DNA of 63,106 bases, filler included, from Candidatus Eiseniibacteriota bacterium (GTDB lineage: Bacteria; Orphanbacterota; Orphanbacteria; Orphanbacterales; Orphanbacteraceae): assembly GCA_043809585.1 (NCBI GenBank). It is 9 parts of 8 records of this genome, joined end to end, with 100 filler letters (N's around TTAATTAATTAA, not from the genome) between each part and the next. Parts side by side here need not be neighbours in the genome. Positions count along the whole stretch, not along the records: positions 38,847 to 55,994 come from JBDROZ010000014.1; positions 56,095 to 60,367 come from JBDROZ010000015.1; positions 60,468 to 63,106 come from JBDROZ010000048.1; 6 more parts are not named here. The stretch is one strand, 5' to 3'. The notes below the pieces were generated by a model, which saw only the letters and a program-made list of their open reading frames with translations, was not told the origin of the DNA and ran no database searches. A program made the translations under genes and the position numbers. Shown here piece by piece: positions 49,835-60,757 of this stretch (its first letter is position 1; the number at the start of each line of letters is the position of its first letter).

Positions 49835-51345
49835 AGGGGGGTCTCCTCCAGCCAGCGGATGTCGCTCCAGTAGAGCTTGCGGATGTCGCTGATGCCGAAC
49901 CGTTTCATGGCGAGCCGCTCGAGGCCGAGTCCCCAGGCGAGGACGGGGACGTCGACGCCGAAGGGACGGGTCACCTCGGGGCGGAAGACTCCGGCGCCGC
50001 CGAGCTCGAACCAGCCCCCCTTCCCCTCCATGTGCGCGAAAACGCCGACGCTCGGTTCGGTGTAGGGGAAGAAGTCGGGGCGGAATTTGATCTGCTCGAA
50101 TCCCATCTGCCGGTAGAACTCGGCGAGCGTGCCGAGCAGAGTCGAGAGGCTCGCCTTCTCGTCCACGATGATGCCGTCCACCTGGTGGAACTCGGGGAGA
50201 TGCTTGTAGTCGATCTTCTCCCTCCGGAAGACGCGGCCCACGAGGAAGACCTTGCGCGGCGGCTTCGGGTTCTCCTTTAGGGCGTAGACCGTCGCCGCCG
50301 TCGTGTGGGTGCGGAGGACGACCCGTCTCGCCTCCTCTTCGCTCCACCGGTAGCGCCAGCCGATCGAGCCGGTGTCTCCCCCGTTCTCATGGGTCGCCTT
50401 CACCCGCTCCACCAGCTCCTTCTCGGGGAGCTCGAAGCGGCCGGGACGGTCGACGTAGAACGTGTCCTGCATCTCCCGGGCCGGATGGTCCTGGGGTTGG
50501 AAGAGGGCGTCAAAGTCCCAGAAGGCGCTTTCCACGTAGGGCCCGCGGATCTCTTCGAATCCCATGTTCAAAAAGGCGCGGCGTGTCTCCTCCAGTATGC
50601 GGCGGAGGGGGTGGGGTTTGGTGGGGTGCGCCTCCGCCGCGTCCAACGTGACGTCGTAGGGGCGGAAGACGACCTCCCGCCAGGCGCCGTCGACGAGAAG
50701 ATCGGGATCGAGCCGGTTCCGCTCCCGCTTCTCCTCGACGCCGGCCTCGACGGCCGCCCGCCCCTCGCCGGTGAGCGCGGCGCTCCGCCGTGTGCGGGGC
50801 CGGTTCTTCGCGTAGCCCCGGGCACGGAGCTCGCCGAGGGCGGCGGCGAACTTCTTCGACTCATCGCCGGAGAGTTCGATGGGGACGCCGCCCGATTCCC
50901 GGAACCGCTCGAGGAGGGCCAGATCGTCCCCTCCGGACGGTTTCGTTCCTGTCGGTTCGAGAACGCCTCCCGATTTCTTGGCGAGGTTTTTCGAAAAGAG
51001 GAAGCGGAGCAGCTTGCCCGCCTCCTTTGGGTCGAGGCCGGCGCGGGCCGCCAGATCGGGGAGGGGGAGGGGACCTTCCGCGGCGAGTATCTCGCCCATC
51101 CGGACCTCGGGGAGCTCCTCCCCTGAACCGAGGAACGCCCGGCCCTCGTCCAGGAGCTCGACCTCCTCGAAGGGCTCCTCCTCCACCCGCACCCAGCCCC
51201 GCTCCTGGAGTTCCAGGGCCCCGGCGGCGACGAGGGACTGGCCGACGCCGGTCGACGAGGCGATCTCGTCCAGCAGCAGGGCGCCCTCCGCCTTCGCCAG
51301 ATGGGTCAGGAGAGCGTACTGGTGTGTTGGTAGGGACGTGGTCAC
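49825..51345 (-). CDS. pheS: Phenylalanine-tRNA ligase alpha subunit, archaeal/eukaryotic type (506 aa)
   Basis: Long wHTH-like N-terminus; FWDFDALFQPQDHPAREMQDTFY, HENGGDTGSIGW, VLRTHTT, FFPYTEPS, AWGLGLERLAM. Confidence 0.95.
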   Translation of the reverse strand: MTTSLPTHQYALLTHLAKAEGALLLDEIASSTGVGQSLVAAGALELQERGWVRVEEEPFEEVELLDEGRAFLGSGEELPEVRMGEILAAEGPLPLPDLAARAGLDPKEAGKLLRFLFSKNLAKKSGGVLEPTGTKPSGGDDLALLERFRESGGVPIELSGDESKKFAAALGELRARGYAKNRPRTRRSAALTGEGRAAVEAGVEEKRERNRLDPDLLVDGAWREVVFRPYDVTLDAAEAHPTKPHPLRRILEETRRAFLNMGFEEIRGPYVESAFWDFDALFQPQDHPAREMQDTFYVDRPGRFELPEKELVERVKATHENGGDTGSIGWRYRWSEEEARRVVLRTHTTAATVYALKENPKPPRKVFLVGRVFRREKIDYKHLPEFHQVDGIIVDEKASLSTLLGTLAEFYRQMGFEQIKFRPDFFPYTEPSVGVFAHMEGKGGWFELGGAGVFRPEVTRPFGVDVPVLAWGLGLERLAMKRFGISDIRKLYWSDIRWLEETPLCL

Positions 51346-51427
51346 TCGGGTGCGCTCCTGCTCAGAAGGGTCCGGGTCCGAACCGCCATCGTAGCACAGG
51401 TTGGAGCCCCGAGCATAGTACAGCGCC

Positions 51428-51772
51428 CTACTTCATGAAGTAGAGAAACCGTCCGCAATGGGGGCAGGTGAGGATCTCCTGGTTCTTGTCCACCTGGGCG
51501 AGCTGGGTGGGGAGGCGCTGGAAGCATCCGTAGCAAACGCCGTCGAAGACGGGGGCAATCACCTTGCCGTATTTCTCGCGGATCCGATCGTAGCGCCGGA
51601 GGAACGTGGGGTTGCATTTCTCGCGGGTCCGATTCCGGGCGTCCTCGAGCTGCCCTTTCCGGCTGACGTCGAACCCGAGTTCTTTCTCGATCGCGTCGTT
51701 TCCCTTGCCGAGGTCGTCGAGCATCAGGTCGATGTCGTTCAGAATGACCAGGAACTCCAGATCTTCCTTCAA
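51428..51772 (-). CDS. C4-type zinc-ribbon protein (DUF164-like, short)
   Basis: YDRIR..GVCYGCFQRLP..ILTCPHCGRFLY. Confidence 0.85.
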   Translation of the reverse strand: MKEDLEFLVILNDIDLMLDDLGKGNDAIEKELGFDVSRKGQLEDARNRTREKCNPTFLRRYDRIREKYGKVIAPVFDGVCYGCFQRLPTQLAQVDKNQEILTCPHCGRFLYFMK

Positions 51773-51784
51773 CGGTTCTCTCCT

Positions 51785-52246
51785 CTACGCCGTCAGGTCG
51801 TCGATCAGGTTCAGAACCTCCGCCTTCGAATCGATCTCGGCGAGCTTCTTCCTGTTCTTCGCAAGCCGAACGAGCTGGACGATCTTCGCCAGGATCGGGT
51901 GGTACAGGTTCGAGGGATCGATGGGAGGGGAGGCGACCAGAAAGAAATGGTTCACCTTGCCTCCATCGACGGCGTCGAAGTTGATTCCCTTCTCGGAACG
52001 GCCGTAGGCGAGAGTGATGTTCGAAAAGATCGTGGAGCGGACGTGGGGGATGGCGATCCCCTTTCCGATGCCGGTGGAACCGAGCTTCTCCCGGGAGACG
52101 ACGAGCTCGAGGGCGATGCCCCGGGAGCCCGGGTCGATGGGGAGGAGCCCCACGAGCTCTTCGAGCACCTCGCTCTTGTTCTTGGCCTTCAGGATCAGTT
52201 CGATGGAGGATGGATCGAGATAATCGGACAGGTGGATCGGTACCAT
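51785..52246 (-). CDS. PTS IIA domain protein (PtsN/EIIA-Ntr-like)
   Basis: REKLGSTGIGKGIAIPH, GINFDAVDG. Confidence 0.9.
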   Translation of the reverse strand: MVPIHLSDYLDPSSIELILKAKNKSEVLEELVGLLPIDPGSRGIALELVVSREKLGSTGIGKGIAIPHVRSTIFSNITLAYGRSEKGINFDAVDGGKVNHFFLVASPPIDPSNLYHPILAKIVQLVRLAKNRKKLAEIDSKAEVLNLIDDLTA

Positions 52247-52408
52247 GCACGACCTCACTCGGGTCAAAAAGCCTCGCACACCAATCGTACCCCTGAGGGT
52301 AGCTTCTCCGGAACCGCGGGGCAACCGGAAAATGCCCCCCCTCTTGACCGGAACCGGACGGGTTCGATACATTACCCCGCGGGAGGGAACAGGTTGGAAA
52401 AGGCGAAG

Positions 52409-53281
52409 ATGATGACCAAAGGAGAGCGGTCCGCCCTCAGGGCCGGAGCCGCCGAAGCGGTGGCCGGCCTTTCGGCGGAGCAGGGGGACGAGGCCGCGCG
52501 CCGTCTCCTGCCCCTGATCCTGCCCGACCCGAAAGCCCCCGTCAGCCGGGGGGGGCTCCGGGTGAGCCGGGATGTGATCCTCGAAGTGGTCGACACCCTG
52601 GGCAAGAAGATACGGAGCAAGGAGAAGCTCCGGGCGGTCACCGACGGGCTTTGGGGTCTCGAAGCCGACGAGGCCCGGACCGCCGCCGCCCTCGCCCTGG
52701 GCCCCCTCCTCCCCACGGGGGACGACGAATCGGAGGCCCGATCCGTGCAGTGGGTGAAGGAGCTCGCCGCCTCCACCTCGTCGCCGGTGGTGCTCGACGC
52801 CCTCGCCGACACGCTCTCGAGGGAGATGGAGAGGGGCGCCACCGACTCGTGGGCCCGGGCTTTCAAGGTGTGGCGGAAGGACCCGGACCGGCGTTTCCGG
52901 ATCCTCGGTCTCGGCTCGTTCACCCATCTCCTCTCCCGGGGGCGGACCCCGGAGAAGCTCTTCGACGCTTTCATGCTGGGCCGCCGGCTCGCCGGGGACG
53001 GTGACGATGAGGTTCGGCACGCCGTGGTCGGCCTTTTCGTCACCGGGGGACGAAAGCAGCCCCGGGCGGCCCGCCGCTTTCTCGATCGGATGGAAGAGGA
53101 CGGGCGGGAGGAAGTGAAGGGCGTCGTCGAGGAGGCGCGGGCCAAGATCCCCGAACCGGAAGAGGAAGGGGCCGCCATCGCCGGCGGGGAGACGGATACG
53201 GACGCGGATACCGACGCCGGGACCGATTCGGACACGGATAGGGAGCGGCCGGCGGCCGCGGAGTTCGGCGACTTGCCGTGA
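52409..53281 (+). CDS. HEAT-repeat-like helical protein (AlkD/DNA alkylation repair-like), acidic tail
   Basis: All-helical pattern with WRKDPDRRFR and LAGDGDDEVRHAV repeats; start uncertain. Confidence 0.55.
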   Translation: MMTKGERSALRAGAAEAVAGLSAEQGDEAARRLLPLILPDPKAPVSRGGLRVSRDVILEVVDTLGKKIRSKEKLRAVTDGLWGLEADEARTAAALALGPLLPTGDDESEARSVQWVKELAASTSSPVVLDALADTLSREMERGATDSWARAFKVWRKDPDRRFRILGLGSFTHLLSRGRTPEKLFDAFMLGRRLAGDGDDEVRHAVVGLFVTGGRKQPRAARRFLDRMEEDGREEVKGVVEEARAKIPEPEEEGAAIAGGETDTDADTDAGTDSDTDRERPAAAEFGDLP

Positions 53282-53439
53282 CGCCGGGAAGGCGCCGGAA
53301 GGCACTTTTTCCCCCCCTCCTCCTTCTCGCGCCCTGCCGGTCCCGGACGCCCCTCCGCCGGCGGACCCGGGGGACGGCCTTGATCCCCCCCCGTCCGACT
53401 CCCTCTCCGGGACCGGAACGCCTCCGTGAGCGCCCTTTC

Positions 53440-53469
53440 TTGACACCCGATCGGACCCCGTGATACGAT
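53440..53469 (+). promoter_or_regulatory. Sigma70 promoter for the EF-G paralog
   Basis: TTGACA-18 bp-TACGAT with extended TG. Confidence 0.65.
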
Positions 53470-53511
53470 TCCTTTTCTATAGTAACCGGCATCGGCAGAA
53501 GGAGATGCGCC

Positions 53512-55584
53512 GTGAAAACCTATGAAACCGAAGCGCTCCGCAATCTGGCCCTCATCGGCCACGGGGACTCCGGCAAAACATCCCTGGCGGAGGCCTTTCT
53601 CTTTCTCGGGAAGGTAACCAACCGGCTGGGAAAGGTCGATGAGGGGACCTCGCACTTCGATTACGACGAGGAGGAGAAGAGGAGGGGGGTCACGATCCGG
53701 GCGAGTCTCGGATTCGTGGAGTGGAAGAAGCGGAAGATCAACTTCATCGACACGCCGGGGTACGACGATTTCGTCGGTGAAGTGGTCGCCGGTGTCCACG
53801 TGTCGGACGCCGTGGTGGTGATGATCGATTCCCAGTCGGGCGTCGAGGTCGGCACCCAGCGGGTCTGGACCCACGCGAGAAGCCGGAGCCTTCCCGCGTT
53901 CTTCTGCGTGAACAAGATCGACCGGGAGCACTCCGACTACTTCAAGGCTCGCGATGCGGTCCACGACCGGCTCGCGCCGGGGGCCGTGTCCGTGACGATC
54001 CCTCTGAACGAAGGGGAAGGCTTCGACGGCGTGATCGACGTTCTCCACATGAAGGCCGTGAAGTATCCGGCCGACGGCTCGGGGGCCGGTGTCGCGGGGG
54101 AGATCCCGGCGGACCGGATGGACGCCGCGAAAGCGGCCCGGGAGCGCCTCGTCGAGCAGGTCGCCGAGACGGACGACTCCTTGGTGGAGAAGTACCTCGA
54201 TCGGGGTGAGCTGTCGGACCAGGAGATTCTCCTCGGACTGAGGAAGGGGATCGCCGCGGGGACGGTTCAACCCGTGTTCGCCGTCGCCACGGGGAAGAAC
54301 ATCGGTATCGACATTCTCCTCGACACGATCGCCGAGTCGGGTCCGTCCCCTCTCGACGCGCCGGAGGTGGAGAGCAAGGATGGGGGCGAGAAGCGCGGAC
54401 CGAAGACGGGAAAGACGGCGGCGCTCGCCTTCAAGACCACGTCGGAAGCCCACATGGGCGACATGACGATCTTCCGCGTTTACAGCGGCTCCCTCGACTC
54501 GGGAACCGATTTCCAGAATCCGCGAAAGGGCAAGACCGAGCGGGTCGGCCAGCTCTACTTCCTGCAGGGGAAGGACCGGGTCGACACGTCCACGCTCCCC
54601 GCCGGCGACCTCGGCGCGGCGGTCAAGCTGAAGGAGATCAAGACCGGCGACACCCTCTGCGAGTCGGGTGGATCCTTCATACTCGGCGAGATCCCCTTCC
54701 CGGCGCCGGTCATCCGCGCCGCGGTGGTGGCCAAGAAGGAGGGGGAGGAAGACAAGATCGGCAACGGCCTCGCGAGGCTCCAGGAAGAGGACCCGACGCT
54801 CAAGGTCCTCCACGACGGAGACGTTCATCAGACCATCATCAACGGCATGGGCGAGCTTCACCTCGACATCGTGGTGAAACGGCTGAAGGAGCGGTTCAAC
54901 GTCGAGGTGGAGCTGATCAAGCCGCGCATCGCCTACCGGGAAACGATCCGCGGGAAGGCGGAGGTCAACGGCCGGTACAAGAAGCAGACCGGGGGCCGGG
55001 GGCAGTTCGGGGACGTCTGGCTCCGCCTGGAGGCGGTGGAGCGGGGGACCGGCTTCGAGTTCGTCAACGGCATCGTCGGCGGCGTCGTGCCGGGCAAGTT
55101 CATCCCCGCCGTCGAGAAGGGCGTCATCGCGACCATGGAAGACGGCGTGCTCGCCGGCTACAAAGTGGTGGACGTGAAGGTCACTCTCTACGACGGCTCC
55201 CATCACGCGGTGGACTCCTCGGAAAACAGCTTCAAGGTGGCCGGCTCCATGGCGTTCAAGAAGGCGTTCCTCGAGGCGAATCCGGTTCTCCTCGAGCCGA
55301 TCTACGTGGTGAAGGTGACGGTGCCGGAGGAGTTCATGGGCGACGTGATGGGCGACCTCTCCTCACGCCGGGGCAAGATCCTCGGCATGGAATCGGAGGG
55401 ACCCTTCCAGATCGTGCGCGCCCTGGTGCCTTTGGCCGAATTGTACAAGTACTCGACGAACCTCCGCTCTCTTACCCAGGGGCGGGGCATCCACGAGCGG
55501 GAATTCGACCACTACGAGGAAATGCCCCGGGACCAGGCCGAGAAGGTGGTCGCCGAGGCGCAGGCGGAGAAGGCGGAAGCGTAG
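53512..55584 (+). CDS. fusA: Elongation factor G paralog (EF-G2 type, outside the str operon)
   Basis: [50 protein letters not shown]. Confidence 0.93.
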   Translation: MKTYETEALRNLALIGHGDSGKTSLAEAFLFLGKVTNRLGKVDEGTSHFDYDEEEKRRGVTIRASLGFVEWKKRKINFIDTPGYDDFVGEVVAGVHVSDAVVVMIDSQSGVEVGTQRVWTHARSRSLPAFFCVNKIDREHSDYFKARDAVHDRLAPGAVSVTIPLNEGEGFDGVIDVLHMKAVKYPADGSGAGVAGEIPADRMDAAKAARERLVEQVAETDDSLVEKYLDRGELSDQEILLGLRKGIAAGTVQPVFAVATGKNIGIDILLDTIAESGPSPLDAPEVESKDGGEKRGPKTGKTAALAFKTTSEAHMGDMTIFRVYSGSLDSGTDFQNPRKGKTERVGQLYFLQGKDRVDTSTLPAGDLGAAVKLKEIKTGDTLCESGGSFILGEIPFPAPVIRAAVVAKKEGEEDKIGNGLARLQEEDPTLKVLHDGDVHQTIINGMGELHLDIVVKRLKERFNVEVELIKPRIAYRETIRGKAEVNGRYKKQTGGRGQFGDVWLRLEAVERGTGFEFVNGIVGGVVPGKFIPAVEKGVIATMEDGVLAGYKVVDVKVTLYDGSHHAVDSSENSFKVAGSMAFKKAFLEANPVLLEPIYVVKVTVPEEFMGDVMGDLSSRRGKILGMESEGPFQIVRALVPLAELYKYSTNLRSLTQGRGIHEREFDHYEEMPRDQAEKVVAEAQAEKAEA

Positions 55585-55663
55585 GCTGCCCCCGCTCTCG
55601 GGGGGTGTGTTAGACTCAGGCCGTCGCAGGGGGCCCAGACGCCCCGTGCGGACGAGGTGGGCC

Positions 55664-55994
55664 ATGTCCGGGCATTCGAAATGGTCGACGATCAAGCGGA
55701 AGAAGGGGAAGGCCGACGCCGAGCGGGGTAGAATTTTCACACGCCTCATCCGGGAAAACCCCGTGGCCGCGAGGAACGGGGGGGGGGACGTCACCGCCAA
55801 CCCGCGTCTTCGCACCGCCGTCGAAGCGGCGAAGCAGAACAACATGCCCGCCGCGAACATCGACAGGGCGATCAAGAAAGGAACGGGCGAGCTTCCGGGC
55901 GTGACGTACGAGGAGGTCGTCTACGAAGGGTACGGGCAGGCGGGCGTGGCGATGCTGATCGAGGCGGTGACGGACAACCGGAACCGGACCACCG
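55664..55994 (+). CDS. yebC: YebC/PmpR family protein, truncated
   Basis: [31 protein letters not shown]. Confidence 0.95.
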
Positions 55995-56094
55995 NNNNNN
56001 NNNNNNNNNNNNNNNNNNNNNNNNNNNNNNNNNNNNNNTTAATTAATTAANNNNNNNNNNNNNNNNNNNNNNNNNNNNNNNNNNNNNNNNNNNN
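55995..56094. other. Artificial contig spacer
   Basis: N44-TTAATTAATTAA-N44. Confidence 0.99.
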
Positions 56095-56127
56095 CCGCAC
56101 CTTCGGGTTCTCTCTTTTCGTTTTGGG

Positions 56128-57177
56128 GTGGTGGGGTCGTCTATGGCCCGGTCGGGGCGCGGGCCTCCCGGCCGCCCCCCGTCTCTTTCGAGGAGGGGAG
56201 GCGCGATGATCGCTCGAACCCGATCGTGGGCACCCCTCGCCGCGATCGCCCTTCTTCCGGCGGCGGTCGTCGCCGGCTTCGGTCCCATGGTCTGGTCGCC
56301 GAACGGCGAGTTCGTGGTCTCTTGGCACCGGGCGCGGATCGCCTCCATGCCTCTCGCCGAGTCGAAAGCGGTCTGGCTCACCGACTCGCTCCCCCCGCCC
56401 CCGGCGATCGCCGTCTCCTGGGAAAACTCGACCCTCTTCGTCCCCGCGGGGGGGGATGGCGGGTCCCCGGCCCGTGTCGACCGGTATTCGCCGGAGGAGA
56501 GCGGCGCGGAAGTCTGTCTCGTCGGGTTCAAGACGCTCCCCTCCCTGCTCCTCCTCCGGGAGGGCCGGGCGATGGTCGCCGGCCCGGGCTACTGTGACGT
56601 CCGGGACCCGGTGTCGGGGGCTCTTCTCGACTCCCTCCGATGGAGCCCCCCGGTCCCCCCCCGGGGCCTCAGGCCCTGGGAGGGGGGATGCGCCCTTCTT
56701 CTCGAGGACCGCCTTGTTGTCATAGACGGGGAGCCCGGCTTTCGCTCCCTGCCCGCCTCGAGTACCGGGATCGCCCTCGCGCCCTTCCAAGAGGGGCCGG
56801 CCCTTCTTGTTCTCCGGGAAGGATCGATCATTCTCGCCGGTCCGGGCGATCGAGAACGCCTGGTCGGGAATCTCGAACCAGGGGAAATCGTTATCGGAGC
56901 AGATGTTACGCCTGATGGTCATCTGGCGGCCCTCGCGATACGGGTCGATCCGGGCTCGGCAGCCCCATACCCCTCCCGGATCGATGTCCGGGTGACGGAC
57001 ACGGGGGACCTCGCCAAGCGTTTCCGCTCCGCCCGGATTCTCTCTGGGGAGAAGGACTTCGAGGTCCCGGTCGCCGCCGCCTTCGATCCCTCCGGGCGGT
57101 TTCTCGCCCTCTCCTGGCCCTCCTCGGGGACCCAGATTTGGGCGGTCGAGGATTGGTCCCTTCATTCCCTCTATTGA
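56128..57177 (+). CDS. Hypothetical protein, possibly a beta-propeller
   Basis: WSPNGEF, VTPDGHLAAL and AFDPSGRFLAL blade-like motifs; start uncertain. Confidence 0.55.
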   Translation: MVGSSMARSGRGPPGRPPSLSRRGGAMIARTRSWAPLAAIALLPAAVVAGFGPMVWSPNGEFVVSWHRARIASMPLAESKAVWLTDSLPPPPAIAVSWENSTLFVPAGGDGGSPARVDRYSPEESGAEVCLVGFKTLPSLLLLREGRAMVAGPGYCDVRDPVSGALLDSLRWSPPVPPRGLRPWEGGCALLLEDRLVVIDGEPGFRSLPASSTGIALAPFQEGPALLVLREGSIILAGPGDRERLVGNLEPGEIVIGADVTPDGHLAALAIRVDPGSAAPYPSRIDVRVTDTGDLAKRFRSARILSGEKDFEVPVAAAFDPSGRFLALSWPSSGTQIWAVEDWSLHSLY

Positions 57178-57200
57178 CAAAGGCCTTTTCCATTTTCCTC

Positions 57201-57229
57201 TTGGGATCGAACCTCAGATATGCTAGAAT
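57201..57229 (+). promoter_or_regulatory. Sigma70-type promoter upstream of the metallopeptidase
   Basis: TTGGGA-17 bp-TAGAAT with extended TG. Confidence 0.5.
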
Positions 57230-57442
57230 CCCAAAGAGATAGGAGGTCTCCTGGACGTGATCGGGGTGACTCGTCCCCGCTCGGGCCCTCCCCCCCCGCC
57301 CGATCAGACCGAAACGAAACCGAAGCGAAGACGTGAAGCGCCGTCGTCGCGGATTGCGCACGGCACGGTCTCACGTAGGATGCGACGCCTCCCCACGTCG
57401 TCGTGAATCACAACCCGAGAATCCCCCAGTGAAGGAGTTCCC

Positions 57443-60367
57443 ATGGGAATGGCTTTGAGATCGCGACCTTTCGTCGCTCTCTCGGCGGCCCTTTGGCTGA
57501 TGGCCGGTTCGGCGGCGGCCTTCGTGCCCACGCCGGATCACGACACCTATGAAATCTTCCTGGCTGGTGAGCGGACCGCGATGGAGTGGCGCACCGTTTC
57601 CCTGGCGGAGGCGAAGGCGTTTTCCGGCGCCCCGGATTTCGCCGCCCGTTACGGCGGATCTTGGCGGGTGCAGTGGAACGACGCCACCGCCACGGCCCAC
57701 CAGCTCTTCGGGAGCGGTACCTCGGTGACGAGCGCTCCGGTGACGACCGCCGGAGAGGCGGAGCGGATCGCCCGCCGGTTTCTCGGGGCGAATCCGGGCC
57801 TTTTCGGAACCGTCGACGCCGGTCTCGAAACGCGAACTTCGACACGGGCGGCGGGGAAGTGGTCGATCGTCTTCGGCCAGACCCGTGAGGGTATTCCGGT
57901 GCGGGGGGGACGGGCCCATGTCGTCATGACCGAAGAGGGCCGCCTCTTCGGGGCCGGCTCCGACCTCCATTCGGACATCTCCGTCTCCACGGTCCCCTCG
58001 ATCACCGGGGAGGAGGCGACGGCGATCGCCGCTTCCGATCTCGGCTTCAACGACGCCACGGACGCCGCCCAGGGCGCGGCCCTCGAGATCCTTCCGGTCG
58101 TGGAGGGCGCGGCGGCCACGTACCGGCTCGTCTACAACGTGCAGCTCCGGATGGAGAATCCCCTCGGTCTCTGGGAGACCCTGGTGGACGCCTCCTCGGG
58201 CGAGATCGTCCGGCGGGTGAACTTGATCCGTTTCTTCGACGTGAACGGCAACGTGGACGCCGACCTCTACGATCCCCACTACTGCGGGAATCCCCTGGTC
58301 CTCCGGGAGATGCCGAACCATTACGTCACCCTCTCGGGGGTCGGCACCGCGACGACCGGCGACGACGGGAACTTCACCGCCACCGGCGCGTCGGGGACCG
58401 TTTCGTGGTCCGCCCTGCTCCAGGGGATCTGGGCGAACGTGCAGAACTACTCCGGCGCCGAGGCGTACGAGTCGGGAAGCGTGACGGAGGGGCAGTTCCT
58501 GCAGGTCCATTGGGACAACACGAACTCCCGGGCGGACGAGCGCACCTGCTACTACCACCAGAGCGTCGTTCACGACTACATTAGGGACGTCGATTCCGGT
58601 CCGGGGCTCGCCGACATCGACTACCAGATGCTCGTCACCGTGGCGCGGACCGACGGCTACTGCCCCGGCAACGCCTGGTACGACTACTCGGGCATCAACT
58701 TCTGCGTGGGCAACGCGAGCTACGGGAACACGGGCGAGATGGCCGACGTGATCTACCACGAGTTCGGCCACGGAATCACGCACCGGATCTACAACGTCAC
58801 CGGAAATCCCCCCGGCGACCTCCACGAGGGGAACTCGGATGTCATAGCGAACCTGCTCACCGGCGAGTCGATCATCGGCCTCGGGTTCTACCTGAACAAC
58901 TGCACGTCGGGCATCCGGAACTCGGACAACAATCTGCAGTATCCGGCCGACTGGACGGGCCAGAACCACTACAGCGGGCAGATCATCGCCGGCGTCGTGT
59001 GGGACGCGTGGCAGGAGCTGAAGATCAGCCTCGGCGACGCGGCCGCCCTGGACCAGATCGGCAATGTCTGGCACTACGGACGGTCGCTCATGCTGCCGGA
59101 GACGCAGCCGGACCAGGTGCTCTCCATGCTGATCGCCGACGACGACGACGGCAACCTCGTGAACGGAACCCCCCACTACGCCGAGATCTGCCAGGGGGCC
59201 GCGAACCACGGCTTCGACTGCGCGGGCCTGATCGGGACGTCCCCGGAGATCGCCTACTCGCCGGTCTCCTTCGACGAGACCCTGAGCGCGGGCAGCCAGA
59301 CCACGGCCGGGCTCTACATCGAGAACATCGGAACCGGCGTTCTCACCTACTCGCTGGCCGGCGTGCAGACCACCCTCGCCAAGGCGACGGCCGCGACCGA
59401 CGCCGCCCGGGGGGCCGGGAGCCGGGAGATGTCCACGGACAACTCCCGCACCCTCGAGTTCCTCCGCAGGAGCGCGTCCGCGGGCAAGACCGCGGCGGTG
59501 ATCTTCTCCGACGACATGGAAGGGGGCGTGAACGGCTGGACCACGACGGTCCACGACGGAACGTCCTCGGACCTCTGGCATCAGGTCACCACGAACGCCA
59601 ACTCGCCGACCCACTCGTGGTGGTGCGGGCTGGACGGGAGCGGTACCTACGACACGGGCGCCCGGATCTCGAACGCCCTCGTCTCGCCGAGCATCGATCT
59701 CTCGAGCGGCACCCCCCCCCTCACGCTCGAATTCTACGAGAACTACACCACCGAGTCGGGATGGGACTTCTGCAACGTGGACATTTCCACCAACGGCGGG
59801 GGGACCTGGACGAACCTCCGGACCGCGTCCGGATCGAGCGGCGGGTGGACCCTGTCGTCCGTCGATCTCTCCGCCTATGCGGGGGGGACGGTCAATATCC
59901 GGTTCCACTTCGACACGACCGACGGCCTCTACAACAGCTATCCCGGCTGGTTCGTCGACGACGTGTCGGTGAACGCCACCGGCGTTTCCTGGCTCGTCTT
60001 CGCCCCGATGAACGGCGCGGTGCCGGCGGGAGAGACGGACACGGTGGAGGTCACGTTCGACGCCGGAGCCCTCGCGCCCGGCGACTACGAGGCGAACATC
60101 CGGATCACCTCGAACGACCAGTCGAACCCGACCGAGATCGTTCCGGTCGCGCTTCATGTCGGGGGCGGGATCGATCCGTTCTACTCGACGATCGCCGTGA
60201 ACGACGATCTGATGCTGTCGCCGGATGGCGGCGGCGATTCGACGATGACCATCGTCGTCACCGTCAAGGACGGGAACGACGACCCGATCGTGGGCGTGCC
60301 CGCCGGGGACGTGGCCGTCACGCTGAGCGGCACCTCGTACATCGGGGCGAGCGTCCGGTTCTGCCAG
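57443..60367 (+). CDS. Secreted M4/M36 (thermolysin/fungalysin-like) zinc metallopeptidase, multidomain, truncated by the contig end
   Basis: Signal peptide; FTP/PepSY-like propeptide (LVDASSGEIV); NAWY, YHEFGHG, LHEGNSD; MAM/InhA-like domain (FSDDMEGG..GWFVDDV); last ~65 aa match the gingipain C-terminal module. Confidence 0.9.
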
Positions 60368-60467
60368 NNNNNNNNNNNNNNNNNNNNNNNNNNNNNNNNN
60401 NNNNNNNNNNNTTAATTAATTAANNNNNNNNNNNNNNNNNNNNNNNNNNNNNNNNNNNNNNNNNNNN
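60368..60467. other. Artificial contig spacer
   Basis: N44-TTAATTAATTAA-N44. Confidence 0.99.
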
Positions 60468-60599
60468 CTCACCGGGGCTAAGGCCCCGCCTCCGGAAACC
60501 GGCTCGTCCGAACCGGCCTCTCGCCGCACGATCCGAATCCTCGTGACGAATCCCCTCGCGCCGAACGAATCTTCTTCGGAACCGGAGAAGGACCGGGGC

Positions 60600-60750
60600 A
60601 AAACAGGAACAGGACAGGAACAGGACAGGAATAAGAGAGGAACTAAGACGGGAACAGGACAGGAATAGGACAGGAACAGGACAGGAACAGGAATTCCGAA
60701 CCGGAAGAGGGACCCGGAGAAAGACCGGAAGCGGAGAGGAGTCGGAAGGG
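60600..60750 (+). repeat. Purine-rich (CAGGAA/CAGGA)n simple repeat upstream of dnaX
   Basis: Repeated ACAGGAACAGG units decaying into CGGAAG/CGGAGA units. Confidence 0.8.
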
Positions 60751-60757
60751 GGCGCGC

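Noticed and set aside
49835-50347. N-terminal extension of the 771-aa pheT ORF
   Set aside because: It overlaps pheS in another frame; the real start is the GTG at 49834 after a GGAGGAG RBS.
60468-60510. Possible 3' end of SRP RNA (ffs), which often precedes dnaX
   Set aside because: The conserved SRP domain IV motif is not visible, and the contig starts too late to support the call.
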